A stretch of 62,253 bases of DNA, filler included, from Chiloscyllium plagiosum (lineage: Eukaryota): the NCBI RefSeq assembly GCF_004010195.1. It is 3 parts of one record of this genome, joined end to end, with 100 filler letters (N's around TTAATTAATTAA, not from the genome) between each part and the next. Parts side by side here need not be neighbours in the genome. Positions count along the whole stretch, not along the records: positions 25,012 to 54,240 come from NC_057717.1; 2 more parts are not named here. One strand, 5' to 3'. Shown piece by piece: positions 33,960 to 45,778 of the stretch. Each line of letters starts with the position of its first letter. The first letter of the stretch is position 1. The translations under genes and the position numbers were made by a program. The notes beneath the pieces are model-generated. The model was not told the origin of the DNA. It saw only the letters and a list, made by a program, of their open reading frames with translations, and did not search any database.

Positions 33960-36790
33960 AGGTTTGAGCGAATGAGCATTGGTGGGAGAGACCGAGAGAA
34001 TCAGTGAGACCGGGGGGCTGGGAATAAGCCATCCCTGGAGAAACAGTGAGTTAACGAGTGAGAGTGGGAGGGTGGGATCGAACGAGAGACATCCACAGGG
34101 AACGAGTATTAAAGAGATAGCGAACCTGGTGGAGGAAGAGTGCGAGTGAATGAACGGGGCGAGGAGGGAGGGCGGTAGTGAGCCTGGATGTGAGACAGTG
34201 AGCAAACAAGTGATGCCGGAATGGAAGGAGTAAAGAGATAGTGTGTGAGAGCGCTAACAAACAAGCGAACGTCATTCCCGAGAGGGAGGGAGGAAGCGAC
34301 TCTGTGTGGAATAGAGAGAGCAAACTCGTGAGACCGGGTTGGGACGGAGTGGGCAAGCCTATCTGGGAGAGAGAAAGCGAACGAGTGTGGCGGTGAGGGA
34401 TGAACAAAAAAAGCCTGGGTGGGAGAGAGTGAGCAAACGTACAATGTGGAGAGTGAGGAAGCGAGTGAGCTTGGACGGGCGAGCGCGAGCAAGCCGGGTG
34501 GGAGAGACAGCAAGTGAATCAACGGGACCAGAAATGAGGACGTGGCTAGCCTGGATGTGAGACCGGGAGCAAACAAGTAAGACCAGGAAGGACAGAGCGA
34601 GCAAGAAAGCGTTGTTGAGTGCTAACAAACAAGAGATGGGGAGGGAGGGAAAGATCGAACCTGATTGGAAGAGAGCAAAAGAGCATGCGAGATGGGGAGG
34701 GCAGGAGATGGCGAGCTTGTGTGGAAGAGAGCGATTGAACGAGTGAGACTGGGAGGGCGGGAGAGAGCGAACATGGAGGGAGGGAAGTAAGAGAGCCTGG
34801 GTGGAAGTAAGTGAGTGGAAGAGTTATACCAGGAAGGAAACAGGTATAGAGACATGGTGGGAGAGAATGAGCAAACGAGTGAGATCAGGAGAGTGAGCCT
34901 GGCTGGAAGAGAGCGAGTGAAAAATGAGACCAGGAAAATGAGAGGGAACGAGACAGGGTTGGAAAGGCCGAGTGGATAAGTGAGCCCAGGAGGAAGGAAG
35001 ACAGCAAGAATGGGTGGGGGAGAGCGAGTGAACAACTGACACTTGAAGTGAGTTAGAGAACGAGCGGGATTGGCAGGGAGGGACCAAGCGTTGGGTGGTT
35101 GAGAGACAGCGAGTCTGGGGCTGGTATAAAGGCCAAACAAATGAAATCAAGAGGAAGGGCGGGAGCGAGCCTGTGTGGGGTAATTCAGCAAAAAAGTGAG
35201 ACCGCGAGGCTGGAAACAAGAGTGGCTGGGGGATCGTGAGAGAACAAGCGAGAAAAAAGAGGGAAGAAGCTTGCAAAGCTGGGTGGAACCGAGTGAGCAA
35301 ATATGTGAGACTCAAAGGAAGGGAGGAAGAGAGCCTGAGTGGGAGAGAGCGAAGGAATGGACGTGAATAGGTTGGAGGAAGCAAGCGAGGCTTTGTAGAA
35401 GATTGTGAGCGAACGAAGGAGATCAGGACAAAGTGAGAGAGCGAAGATGGGGTGTAGAGCCAGTAAACATCAAGACCAGGAGGGATGGAGGAAGCGAATC
35501 TGGGTGGAAGAGAGAGAGCGAAACAGTGTGATCTTTAGGGAGGGAGGGAGCTTTCCTGTATGGGAGAAAGCGAGTTATTGAGTCAGATGGGGAGGCAGGG
35601 AGTGAACATGCCTGGGTGGGAGAGACCGAGCAAACAAGGGAGAGTTTGAGGGAGGGAGGGGACGAGCCTTGTTGGGTGAGAGTGATCGAACCAGTAAGAT
35701 GGGGAGCGAGGAAGCGAGTGAGCTTGAGTGGGAGGGTACGAGTGACCGAGTGAGACCGAGAGGGAGGGAATGTGTGACACTTGGTGAGAGAGAGCGAGCA
35801 AATGAGTGTGACCGGGAGGGAGGGATTGAATAAGAGAGACGGGGAGGGAGAGAACAAAAAAGCCTGGTGAGAGAGAATGAGTAGTGAAGTAAGACTGGCT
35901 TGGAGTGAGTGACTGAACAAATCAGACTAGGAGGTCAATAGCATTTGAACTTGTTTGGGAGAGAATTAGCGAATGAATGGGATGGGGAGAGAGTGAGTGA
36001 GTGAGCTTGACTGGAAGAGAGCGAGTGAACGATAGATACCAGGAGGATGGGAGCAAGCATGCCTGGGTGGGAGAGAGTGAGCAATCGAGCGAGCAACTGA
36101 AGAAAACCGGAGGGAGAGAGTGAATGAGCCTGGGTGGGAGATAATGACTGAGACGAGGAGGGAGGGATCGATTGAACGGGAGAGTCTGATAGGAAGAGAG
36201 TGAGCAAGCCTCTGTGGGAGAGAACAAGCGAACATGTGGGAGCAGCTGGGAAGGAGAGAGTGTGCCTTGGCGACTGTGAGCATGCAAACGAGTCGGACCA
36301 GGAGGGAGGGATGGTGCAAGCCTGCTTGAGAGAGAGCAAGTGAACTGGCGAGACGGGGAGAGAGGGAGGGAGGGAGCCTTGTTGGAGAATGCAAGCAAAT
36401 AGGCGAGAACAAGAGGGAGAGAGCGAGCGAGCCTGGGTGAGAGACAACCAGTGAGACTGTGTGGGAGGGAGCAAGTGAGTCTTGGTAGGCGTCAGCAATT
36501 GAACAAATCAGAGCAGGAGGAAGGGAGTGTGCGAGCCAGTTTGGGAGAGAGTGAACGAGCGTGTGTGATGTTGAGGAAGGGAGTGAACGAGCCTGCATGA
36601 GAGAGAATGAGCAAACAAGCGAGACCAGGAGGGAGAGAGTGAAATTAGTTGGAAGAGAGCGAGCGAACGAGTCACATCAGGAGGCAGGGTTCGAATCTGG
36701 GTGGGAGAGCGCGAACGAGCAAGTGAAACCAGGATGGAGCGAGGGAGGGAGAGTGTGAGTGACACCGGGAAGAATCAAGTGAGCCTAGGT
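33960..36790 (+). repeat. Degenerate purine-rich ~56-bp minisatellite (about 50 units)
   Basis: Recurrent gcctgggtgggagagagcgagcaaacgagtgagaccgggagggaggga; unit starts at 35611, 35667, ~35722, ~35778. Confidence 0.8.
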
Positions 36791-38995
36791 TAGACCATAA
36801 AACCATAAGACCATAAGACCATAAGACATAGGAGCGGAAGTAAGGCCATTCGGCCCATCAAGTCCACTCGGCCATTCAATCATGGCTGATGGGCATTTCA
36901 ACTCCACTTACCCGCATCCTCCCCGTAGCCCTTAATTCCTTGTGACATCAAGAATTTATCAATTTCTGCCTTAAAACATTTAGCGTCCCAGCCTCCACTG
37001 CACTCTGTGGCAATGAATTCCACAGGCCCACCATTCTCTGGCTGAAGAAATGTCTCCGCATTTTTGTTCTGAATTTACCCCCTCTAATTCTAAGGCTGTG
37101 TCCACGCATCCTAGACTCATCACCTAACGGAAACAATTTCCTAGCGTCCACCATGTATTATCTTGTAAGTTTCTATTAGATCTCCCCTAAATATTCTAAA
37201 CGCCAATGAATACAATCCCAGGATCCTCAGCCGTTCCTCGTATGTTAGACCTACCATTCCAGGGATCATCCGTTTGAATCTCCACTGGACACGCTCCAGT
37301 ACCAGTATGTCCTTCCTGAAGTGCGAGGACCAAAACTGGACACAGTACTCCAAATGGGGCCTAACCAGAGCTTTATAAAGTCGCAGTAGCACAACAGTGC
37401 TTTTATATTCCAACCCCCTTGAGATAATTGACAACATTGCATTCGCTTTCTTAATCACGGACTCAACCTGCATGTTTACCTTTAGAGAATCCTCAACTCG
37501 CACTCCCAGATCCCTCTGTACTTTGGCTTTACGAATTTTTTCACCGTTTAGAAAGTAATCCATGCTTCTATTCTTTTTCCCAAAGTGCAAGACCCCGTAT
37601 TTGTTCACGTTGATTTCCATTTCCTGGACCACTCCTCCAAACTGTCTAGATCCTTCTGCAGCCTCCCCACTTCCTCAGTACTACCTGCCTGTCCACCTAA
37701 CTTTGTATCGTCGACAAACTTCGCGAGAATGCCCCCAGTCCATTCATCCACATCATTAATATATAATTAGATTAGATTACATTACATTATAGTGTGAAAA
37801 CAGGCCCTTCGGCCCAACAAGTCCACACCAACCCGCCGAAGCGCAACCCACCCATACCCTTACATTTACCCCTTACCTAACACTATGGACAATTTAGCAT
37901 GGCCAATTCACCTGACTTGCACATCTTTGGACTGTGGGAGGAAACCGGAGCACCCAGAGGAAACCCACGCAGACACGGGGAGAACGTGCAGACTCCACAC
38001 AGTCAGTCGCCTGAGGCAGGAATTGAACCCGGGTCTCAGGTGCTGTGAGGCAGTAGTGCTAACCACTGTGCTAAAGTGCCGCCCACAATAATGTGAACAG
38101 CTGCGGTCCCAACACTGAACGCTGCGGGACACCGCTTGTCACTGGCGGCCACTCAGAAAAAGAACCTTTTATCCCTACTCTCTGCGTCCTGTCAGACAGC
38201 CAATCCTCAATCCATACCAGTATCTCACCTCGAACACCATGGGCCCTCACCTTGCTCAGCAGTCTCCCATCTGGCACCTTATCAAAGGCCTTTTGGAAGT
38301 CTCAGTAGACCACATTCACTGGGTTTCCCCGGTCTAACCTACTTGTCACCTCTTCAAAGAACTCCAACAGGTTTGTCAGGCACGACCTCCCCTTACTAAA
38401 TCCATGTTGACTTGTTCTAATCCAACAGTGATCTTCCAATCATCCGGGACTTTCCCTGACTCCAGTGATTTTTGAAAGATCTCAACCAACGCCTCCACTA
38501 TTTCCTCAGCCACCTCCCTCAGAGCTCTAGGATGTAACCCATCAGGGCCAGGAGATTTATTAATTTTAAGACCTTTTAGCTTATCTAGCACTTTCTTTTT
38601 TGTAACGGCAACCATACTCAACTCAGCCCCCTGACTCCCTTTAATTGTTGGGATATTACTCATGTCTTCCACTGTGAAGACTGACGCAAAGTACTTATTA
38701 AGTTCTCCTGCTATTTCCTTATCTCCCATCACTAGGCTTCCAGCATCAGTTTGAAGTGGACCAATGTCTACTCTTGCCTGTCGTTTGTTTCTTATGTTTT
38801 GAAAAAAACTTTTACTATCATTTCTAATATTACTGGCTAGCCTACCTTCATATTTGATCCTCTCCTTCCTTATTTCTCTCTTTATTATCCTCTGTTTGTT
38901 TTTGTATCCTTCTCAATCTTCTGATTTCTCAGTGCTCTTGGCCACTTCATAGGAACTCTCTTTATCTTTGATACATTTCTTGACTTCCAGTGTCA
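36791..38995 (-). mobile_element. CR1-like LINE with an internal deletion and a SINE insertion
   Basis: ORFs 38376-38732, 38071-38277 and 37141-37632 with CR1 motifs; (AGACCATA)n tail at 36792-36830. Confidence 0.93.
37768..38086 (-). mobile_element. tRNA-derived V-SINE (HE1-like), apparently full length, probable TSD ATAAT
   Basis: Minus-strand head gggcggcac..GGTTCAATTCC (B box), V-domain, AATCT tail. ATAAT on both sides within the CR1. Confidence 0.9.
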
Positions 38996-40689
38996 TCCCC
39001 ATCCTCAAATAGGATAGGTGTGCCAGACAAAGGCTCAGGATTTTGAGGAATACCTGAATTCTTTTTTAAAACTCTTGTTGATTTCACGCTTATTCATATT
39101 CCTCAGCCGTAGTGGCCTTCCACAATTTCTCCAGTTCCCTTTCTTTTTCATCGGGCCATTCTCACTCAGTTTTTAACTTCTCCCAGCTTCAGCGAGTTCC
39201 ATCTGGTGTACAAACCTCTATTACCCTATCACATGCAGAATTCATTCAACTGGCCAGGAAGATTTTTTTTTTCGTTTACTATCCGCTTTATGTTTCACTT
39301 TTTTAAAATTAATAATTAATCAATGCAGCCATACTTCAAGGTAACCCCGACGCAATGACTCAGGTCAATACCAATGTGAAAAGGTATAAAGACAATCAAC
39401 CTGCCAATGATTTCTGGTTTTGTGATTCAGGGCTAATACAATTGGGTATTTGAAAATAATAATTAGGCGTAAGTCAGAGGTGGAAACTGAGCCAGTGAAT
39501 AATACATTTCTGAAGTGATCAATAAAAAGTGGAAAATCATTTATAAAAATCATGACAATTGCCTGGTTCTAGTCCCAAAATTTCAAACCTAGATCAGGTA
39601 CCTTAAGCGGTTTTGACCAGTCATTGCACATTTACAATGTTAAAAAGCTGTAAAATGACTGCAGCTGCATAAAGACGTCTTGTCCACTCACATGGTAACA
39701 AAATACTTCTCATGCACAAATAATGGTCGAATCCAAAGACAGAGATATTAAAAATAAGGTATCAAGTGTTGTTAATGATTTTCATAACACAATGTTCAAA
39801 CAAAACATCAATTCTCAGTGACAGAGAGGAATTGATATCGAATAATGCAACAAATGGCACTCCATAATCACCAATGAGATGCAACAGTCTTAAGATTGAG
39901 TGGAGACATACGAGTCCGAAACAAACAAACAAAAAAATCTGCCAGTATCATTTTCTGAAAACAATATTGGTCGACTGGTATATTTGAGATCGATCGTTAT
40001 ACTTTCAGCTCCATGTTTTTTAAGTAAACTAAATTCTATAAAGCTCATGTAATTCCTCCACTCAATGAGCAAATGTTAAAGTCTAAGGTGATTTTTTCTC
40101 AATGTTACTTCTGGATTATTATTTATGAAAAAAAGAGCAGGCACCTGCTGAGAACAGGGTTTACAGTGCAACTGCGTTTACTGCATTTAGTCAAATCTTT
40201 GATTAAACCAATGAGATCAAAAATGGGTGAACTTCAAATTTGGCAGTCGCTTGACAAAAATTGGGTTTTTAGAGCAGGTTCATACCAATGTTTAATCGGA
40301 AAATCGTCACCCTCAATATTGAACTGATTCAAATTTAAATAAGTTTGGCTTTCATGTAAACATAAACTGTGACCAGTTAGAAATCAACTGTACAGCGGTC
40401 ACGGTCTATAAGAAGAAATGGTGGGTTAATATTTCATTAATATTCCTTTACCTTGCTTTTTTTTTCATAATCACCCATAGTTAATTGACAAACGTTCAAA
40501 AGATACCGCCTTAAATCCCCAAAGTGCAAATTAAACTCCTGAATCTCGAGCTCCAGTAAATAAATAACAAATATTCGAACACCAACAAACAAATGTGCCT
40601 TCTAACTCGAGCGCAAAGCGTTAAACATTCGGCAAGCTGCAGGGAATCAACGCTGAGTCAGTCTTTCTGTCTCTCTGTCTCTCGCATAC

Positions 40690-41385
40690 ACACAAGAACG
40701 TTTTCCAACGTTTATTCCGTTCTTCAAAGGCTTTAATGCAGTTCCATCCACCCTCATGTATCATGGGCAATGCATTGCTCAGCCAGTCCAGATCCTGGGA
40801 TCCCAGCGAATATATTGCGATTGTCTGACACACTCCCAACGATCTTATGAACGAAAGCATCATTCTTTTTACATGTGGGAGCTCTTTGTCCCTGTTAGCA
40901 TCCTCATCCAGGAAGTTCCCTTCGGATCCTGATCCTGATTCCATCTCCCTTTCATCCGATCAGTCTCCTGCTGGTCGCCTTATGGTCCTCCTCTGAACAC
41001 GCTGTTCTACTTCATTTTGCCACTTCCATGGGTCACTTTTCCTCTGACACCCTTCAACACTCTGTTTATTGTTGAGAAACTCCTCATACTGTTTTTGGTC
41101 GTGTACTGTCCGAAGTAACCTGAGTTCTTCTTCCAATTTCTCTCTTTGTGTTTATGATTTTTTCCATTCCCTTTCGTAATATCTTACACTCCTTCTGCCA
41201 TTCCTTGAATAACCCATTCACTTCCTCCTTTCTCTGATGCAGTTTATCCTTATCATTACCGTCCTCAATCGAGGTTTCTTTTTGGGACTGTTGTGTATAT
41301 TCAGAACAGCATAATTAAGTCTAGATTGGGTAGACTGAGTTCTGTAGGGGTCAGTTATTCTGTTCTTTGTGTTTGATTGTCTCAT
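40690..41385 (-). pseudogene. Probable gag fragment of a second, unrelated ERV
   Basis: Starts MRQSNTK (MGQ-like), has an E/K-rich coiled region, then YSLGSQDLDWLSNALPMIHEGG..IKAFEE, which from memory resembles the capsid N-terminus of fish ERV Gags. Confidence 0.5.
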
Positions 41386-41639
41386 TTTGGGAACACATGT
41401 TGTATCTTTTAATATCTAGACTTCAATCTCGCTGACTTCCTCAAGGTAATTTTCACTGTACACATGACGAAACAAATTGCAAAGTAATGGCCTGGGGCTG
41501 CCGACTAAAGAATGTTTCGAATGGTCTGGACTAGTCCCTGACACTTCCTAGGGCTCCTCCCGGATCTTAATCAGAGCGTGGTAGATGCTAAAGTCCTTAT
41601 TTCAGGTTTTGATTCGGTTAGGTAGACAGAGCTTGAGAT

Positions 41640-44600
41640 AGTAATGGCTCTTTTAGTCCCCAGAATTTTTCTGTATATGGATGCGGTGAATAACAACGAG
41701 TTGGAAGAATTAACAGAGAAGCTGCAATTGAAACTGCCTGCTTTTGTGAGGAAAGGAGAAATGATTACAGAAGGACCATAGCATTAAACTTTATGGAGCA
41801 ACCATCAGAATCTATAGATTTGGCAAGAATTCAATTGTAAATGAAGCAGATTGAGTCAGAGATGAGAGATAAGGAAAAAGGGGTAGAAATAAAACAAGTT
41901 CAGTTACAGTTAAAAAGCAGAAGGGAGGGAATAAGAGAGAGCAGCAGCAGAACAGAGAGAAAAAGAGACCAGCTGAAAGAGGGGAGAAGAGAGAACAGAG
42001 AAAGATGAAGACAGAGCTTTTGAACATCAAAAACTGATACTTAAAAGGAAAGTCAGCTTAAACGGCTGGAGGTTAAGGCTAATGGTAGGCTTACTGAGGA
42101 AAAGAGTGAGGATGAGCAAACCCCTGGTCGTCAGAAGCCTCGTAAGTAAGTGTTCCGGTATGTTCAAGCGTGGTCTAACTTTGATGAGAAGGACGTGTGC
42201 GCCATTTTCACTTTAATTCAAAAGATGGCTAAACAAATGTAGTGACAGTGGCAATGTGGGTTTTGTTGTTCCAAAAGAGACTTGCATGTAGGGTTAGTGA
42301 TGTAATCGCAGAACTATTAGAAGAAGTATCTGGGGATTATAAGGAGATGAAAAAAAGCCATTTTAAGTGCAGATACGTTTGTACCAGAAGCCGGTAGGCA
42401 ACGCTTCAGGAATCTAAGTAGGGACCCAGGTCAAACATTGAAAGAATCAAACAGAGTAGTTTCATGAGATGGATGAGAGTTTTAAAGATAAATGATGGCC
42501 TGAGAAGGGCAATTCTTTTGGAGGAATTAAAATTATTTACTGTCTGAATTAGTGCGAATTCATGGGAAACAGCACAAATTTATAACAGAAAGATTAGCAG
42601 CTGAAGAGGTTGATGATTATGACCTGGTCCATAAAACTCGGTTTGGCAAACAGAAACATCTTCAGCCAATGCGAGATAGTAATTGGGGCAAAGAGACATT
42701 CTCACGTGGAAGGGGCAAGGTAGGTATCAGTGAAAATCATAATGATTACTTACCACAGGGTAAGAAAGAATGCCTTGAGGGGGACAAATAAGTTAGAAAT
42801 CTCCGGTGTTTTCATTGTAATAAAGTGGACCACACGAAATCGCAGTATTCGTGGGCTAGGAAATTATAGATCCACTTTTAAATACGCATGCAAGCTTAAA
42901 GTTTATTCACATCGGCTCGGAATCATAGGTAAGGAGGTTACAATATTAAGGAATACAGTATACCCAGTCTGTAATGCTGAAAGATGAGGAGATATGTTCT
43001 CCTGAGTAATTCTTTCCAGAAAATGTGCTGGCAACATTAATTCATGATGAGACAAAAAGTGCTCAGTTATATAAGGTGAGGCTAGAGATTCTAGAGAAGT
43101 CTGAATAATTTATGGTTGCAGTATTGGAAATACTCTCAGATACAGGAATACAACTTGTCCTTGCAAAATGATATAATTGATGCACCGGTAGGCGTGCTGC
43201 CTAATCTAATTGCAAAACCAGTGCAGGCGCAGGAAATTGAAGACGTGGAAAATGTTTATCCATGAATTTTCATTGATTGTGTGTTTACAAGATCACAGAC
43301 GGACAAGCTGAAGCAGATGGTTTCAAAAGGCACAAATACGCAAGCTGACATAGCTTTACCGAGAGACTTTTGACCAGACAAGTGGGACAGAGAAAGAACA
43401 AATAGGTAAAAAAAAAGTACTTTTAGCTCTGCTTAGTTGATTGAATTACAGCAGAAAGATGAAGTTACAACATTTATATTAAAAAGCATATGCAGAGAAC
43501 GAGTGTGAATGCTTCCTGTGTGTTATTACTTAACAACTGATGTCTTACCGAGGAAATGGAGACAATGAACCATTCAAGCAGATGAGAAATGGGTAGATAT
43601 TTGTCACATAGTGTTGTCTTTAGTCATAGGGAGTAAGTGCTGCAAGTGAAGCATTACCTAATATTTGGAGATCATTTAGGGGTGTGGAAAACACAGGCTA
43701 AAATACAAAGACATTTTTACTGGCCTGGAGTACGTAAGGATGTCGTTGAATATTGCTAGAAGTGTCATATATGTCAGCTAATCGGAAAACTAAAGTCAAT
43801 AATAAAACCGGCTCCGTTAATACCAATTCCACATTTGAGGAATCTTCCACAAGGGTCCTGTTTGATTGCGTAGGTTCTGCACCTCGAAAAAGAAGTGAGA
43901 ACAAGTATGTATTAACAATATTGGATGTTCAGACTGGATTTCCAGAGGCAATTCCATTACACAATATCGCAGCAAAAACAGCTGCAGAAGAATTACTTTT
44001 TAACTAGATTCGAATAGATAGCATTTAAAAGTGTAACAGCATAGAATGAAACAAGAAACGAATATGAAATTACAAATCGCAATTTTGCATATCGGGATAA
44101 GGTATTGGTGCTCCGTCCAGTAACAGGTGACCCTTTAAAAACAAGGTTTAATAGAACTTATCAAATCGAGAAGAAATTAAAGTGAGGTGAATTACTTGAT
44201 AAGGACTCCAGATAGGACGAAACCTCACATAGTGTGCCATGTGAATATGCTCAAAAGGTATTTTGATATGGTAGGAAATCAAGAAGAGAATATGTTAATT
44301 GCAACAGCACAGAAGGAAAAACCAAGTTCAGAGGATACTGAATACGGCATTCAGCAAATCAAATTGGGTATTGAGGATGTTGACAAAAATGAAGAAAAAT
44401 TATTGCGTTAACTTCACAGAAGATCGAAATGACCTGAAAGATTAATTACTATCACATGAACAGATTCGCAGAAGTAAACTGGGAAGTATTAAGCGAATTG
44501 TGCATGTTAAGCATGTACGGGATGCTTTTACGATTAAGCAACATCCTTATCGACATAACCGTCTAAAGTTGGTACATGTTCAGAAGGAGAAACAGCACAT

Positions 44601-45075
44601 TCTCCAAGATGCATAGTGGAAGTGAGTTACAGTGACTTGAGCTCACACATCGTCATGGTAGCAAAGCCAGATGGTATCTGAGGGTTATGTGTGAGGTATC
44701 GCAAAGTAAACACCGTTGCAAAGACTGATGCCTATCTAATTCCATGGTAGGAGAATAGTATCGAAAACTTGTGACAAGCAACTTACATTTCTCAGTTGGA
44801 TTTGCTCAGAGGATACTGGCAAATATCTCTGTCAGAGAGACCAAAGGAAATTTTGACTATTGGAACACCATATGGCCTTTCTCAGTTGAGTCATGCAATT
44901 TATTATGAGAAATACTCCAGCCACATTTGAGAGACTGTCTAATAAGGTCATTGGCAGATTACCCAACTGTGTGGTGTATATTGATGACCTGGTGATTTTT
45001 AGTCAGTTATGGAAGGAACATCGACAGCATTTATCAGACATGTTCGATCGATTTTGGAAGGCAGTTAAACTTAAC
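41640..45075 (+). mobile_element. Gmr1-type Gypsy A, copy 2 (gag-PR-IN-RT, truncated in RT by the ERV)
   Basis: Integrase FDCVGSAP..LTILD..FPEAIPL (43753-44007) upstream of RT NTPATFERL..YIDD (44893-45084). Paralogous to 1-4090 plus 24122-24708. Confidence 0.9.
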
Positions 45076-45778
45076 TGTCGGTGAAATTAGCCCACTAAAG
45101 CAGAGATCACAAAACACGGAGCAAAGAAAAGTTAACAAACCGTTTATTAACACAGTGATATCGTGGAAAAGAGAATAACTGAGCTGAAACAGCACAGTCT
45201 GTTCATGCAGATGAAACACACTTCCAAGAGCTGAGAATCAAGCTGTTCAATGATGATAATTAAAATAGGGAAAATACAATGGTCTTGATAATCCAGTTAG
45301 TGGTAGTCGCAAAACAGTTATCAGAATATCTTGAAGAGAGATAAAATGCAGCTTCCTTGCAGCATCAATGTGTTATTAACGGGATCATGAGATCTCAGTG
45401 CTATTCGAGGGTAGATGAGAATATCCCTTTTAAAGCAATAAGATGTTTCATGCTTCTCTCCATTGAGCAAGGTAATCTGGAGCCTCTCCACCTGACCTAT
45501 CCTTTGTGTTGCTTTGGTATCACTGGGTTACGAGCCTGCCCTTAACGCTTTGGTACAGCTGTGATGATCGATTCCAAGAAGATTATTGTTAGGTTCTCTT
45601 TCGAAGTGTATTCGTTGGACTGAGAGTGAGTATGGACATGTCTGGTTTGCCGTGTCAGCCTGCTTTGTCAATGCTGTGGCATTCCGGGAGATTATATCAT
45701 TGGTAGGAACATGCTTGATTTTCTGGGTTCTGTGTGGCCATGCTGTGGGTAGGGATGGTACCAGAATTTTTCGCCACA
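45076..45778 (-). repeat. ERV 3' LTR, copy 2
   Basis: TGTGGCGAAAAATT...AATTTCACCGACA termini, preceded by PPT AAAAAAAGGGGGAA (45780-45793), with AATAAA near its end. Confidence 0.9.

Noticed and set aside
33897..36765. Many overlapping Ser/Leu/Pro-rich ORFs on the minus strand
   Set aside because: Stop-poor by composition (CT-rich strand of the minisatellite) and open in several frames at once.
33960..36790. Immunoglobulin switch-like region
   Set aside because: G-rich and repetitive, but AGCT motifs are scarce and there are no Ig exons or RSS in the window.
38010..38086. tRNA gene (also ~14365-14438)
   Set aside because: The A/B-box sequence is the head of a V-SINE, continuous with the SINE core and tail.
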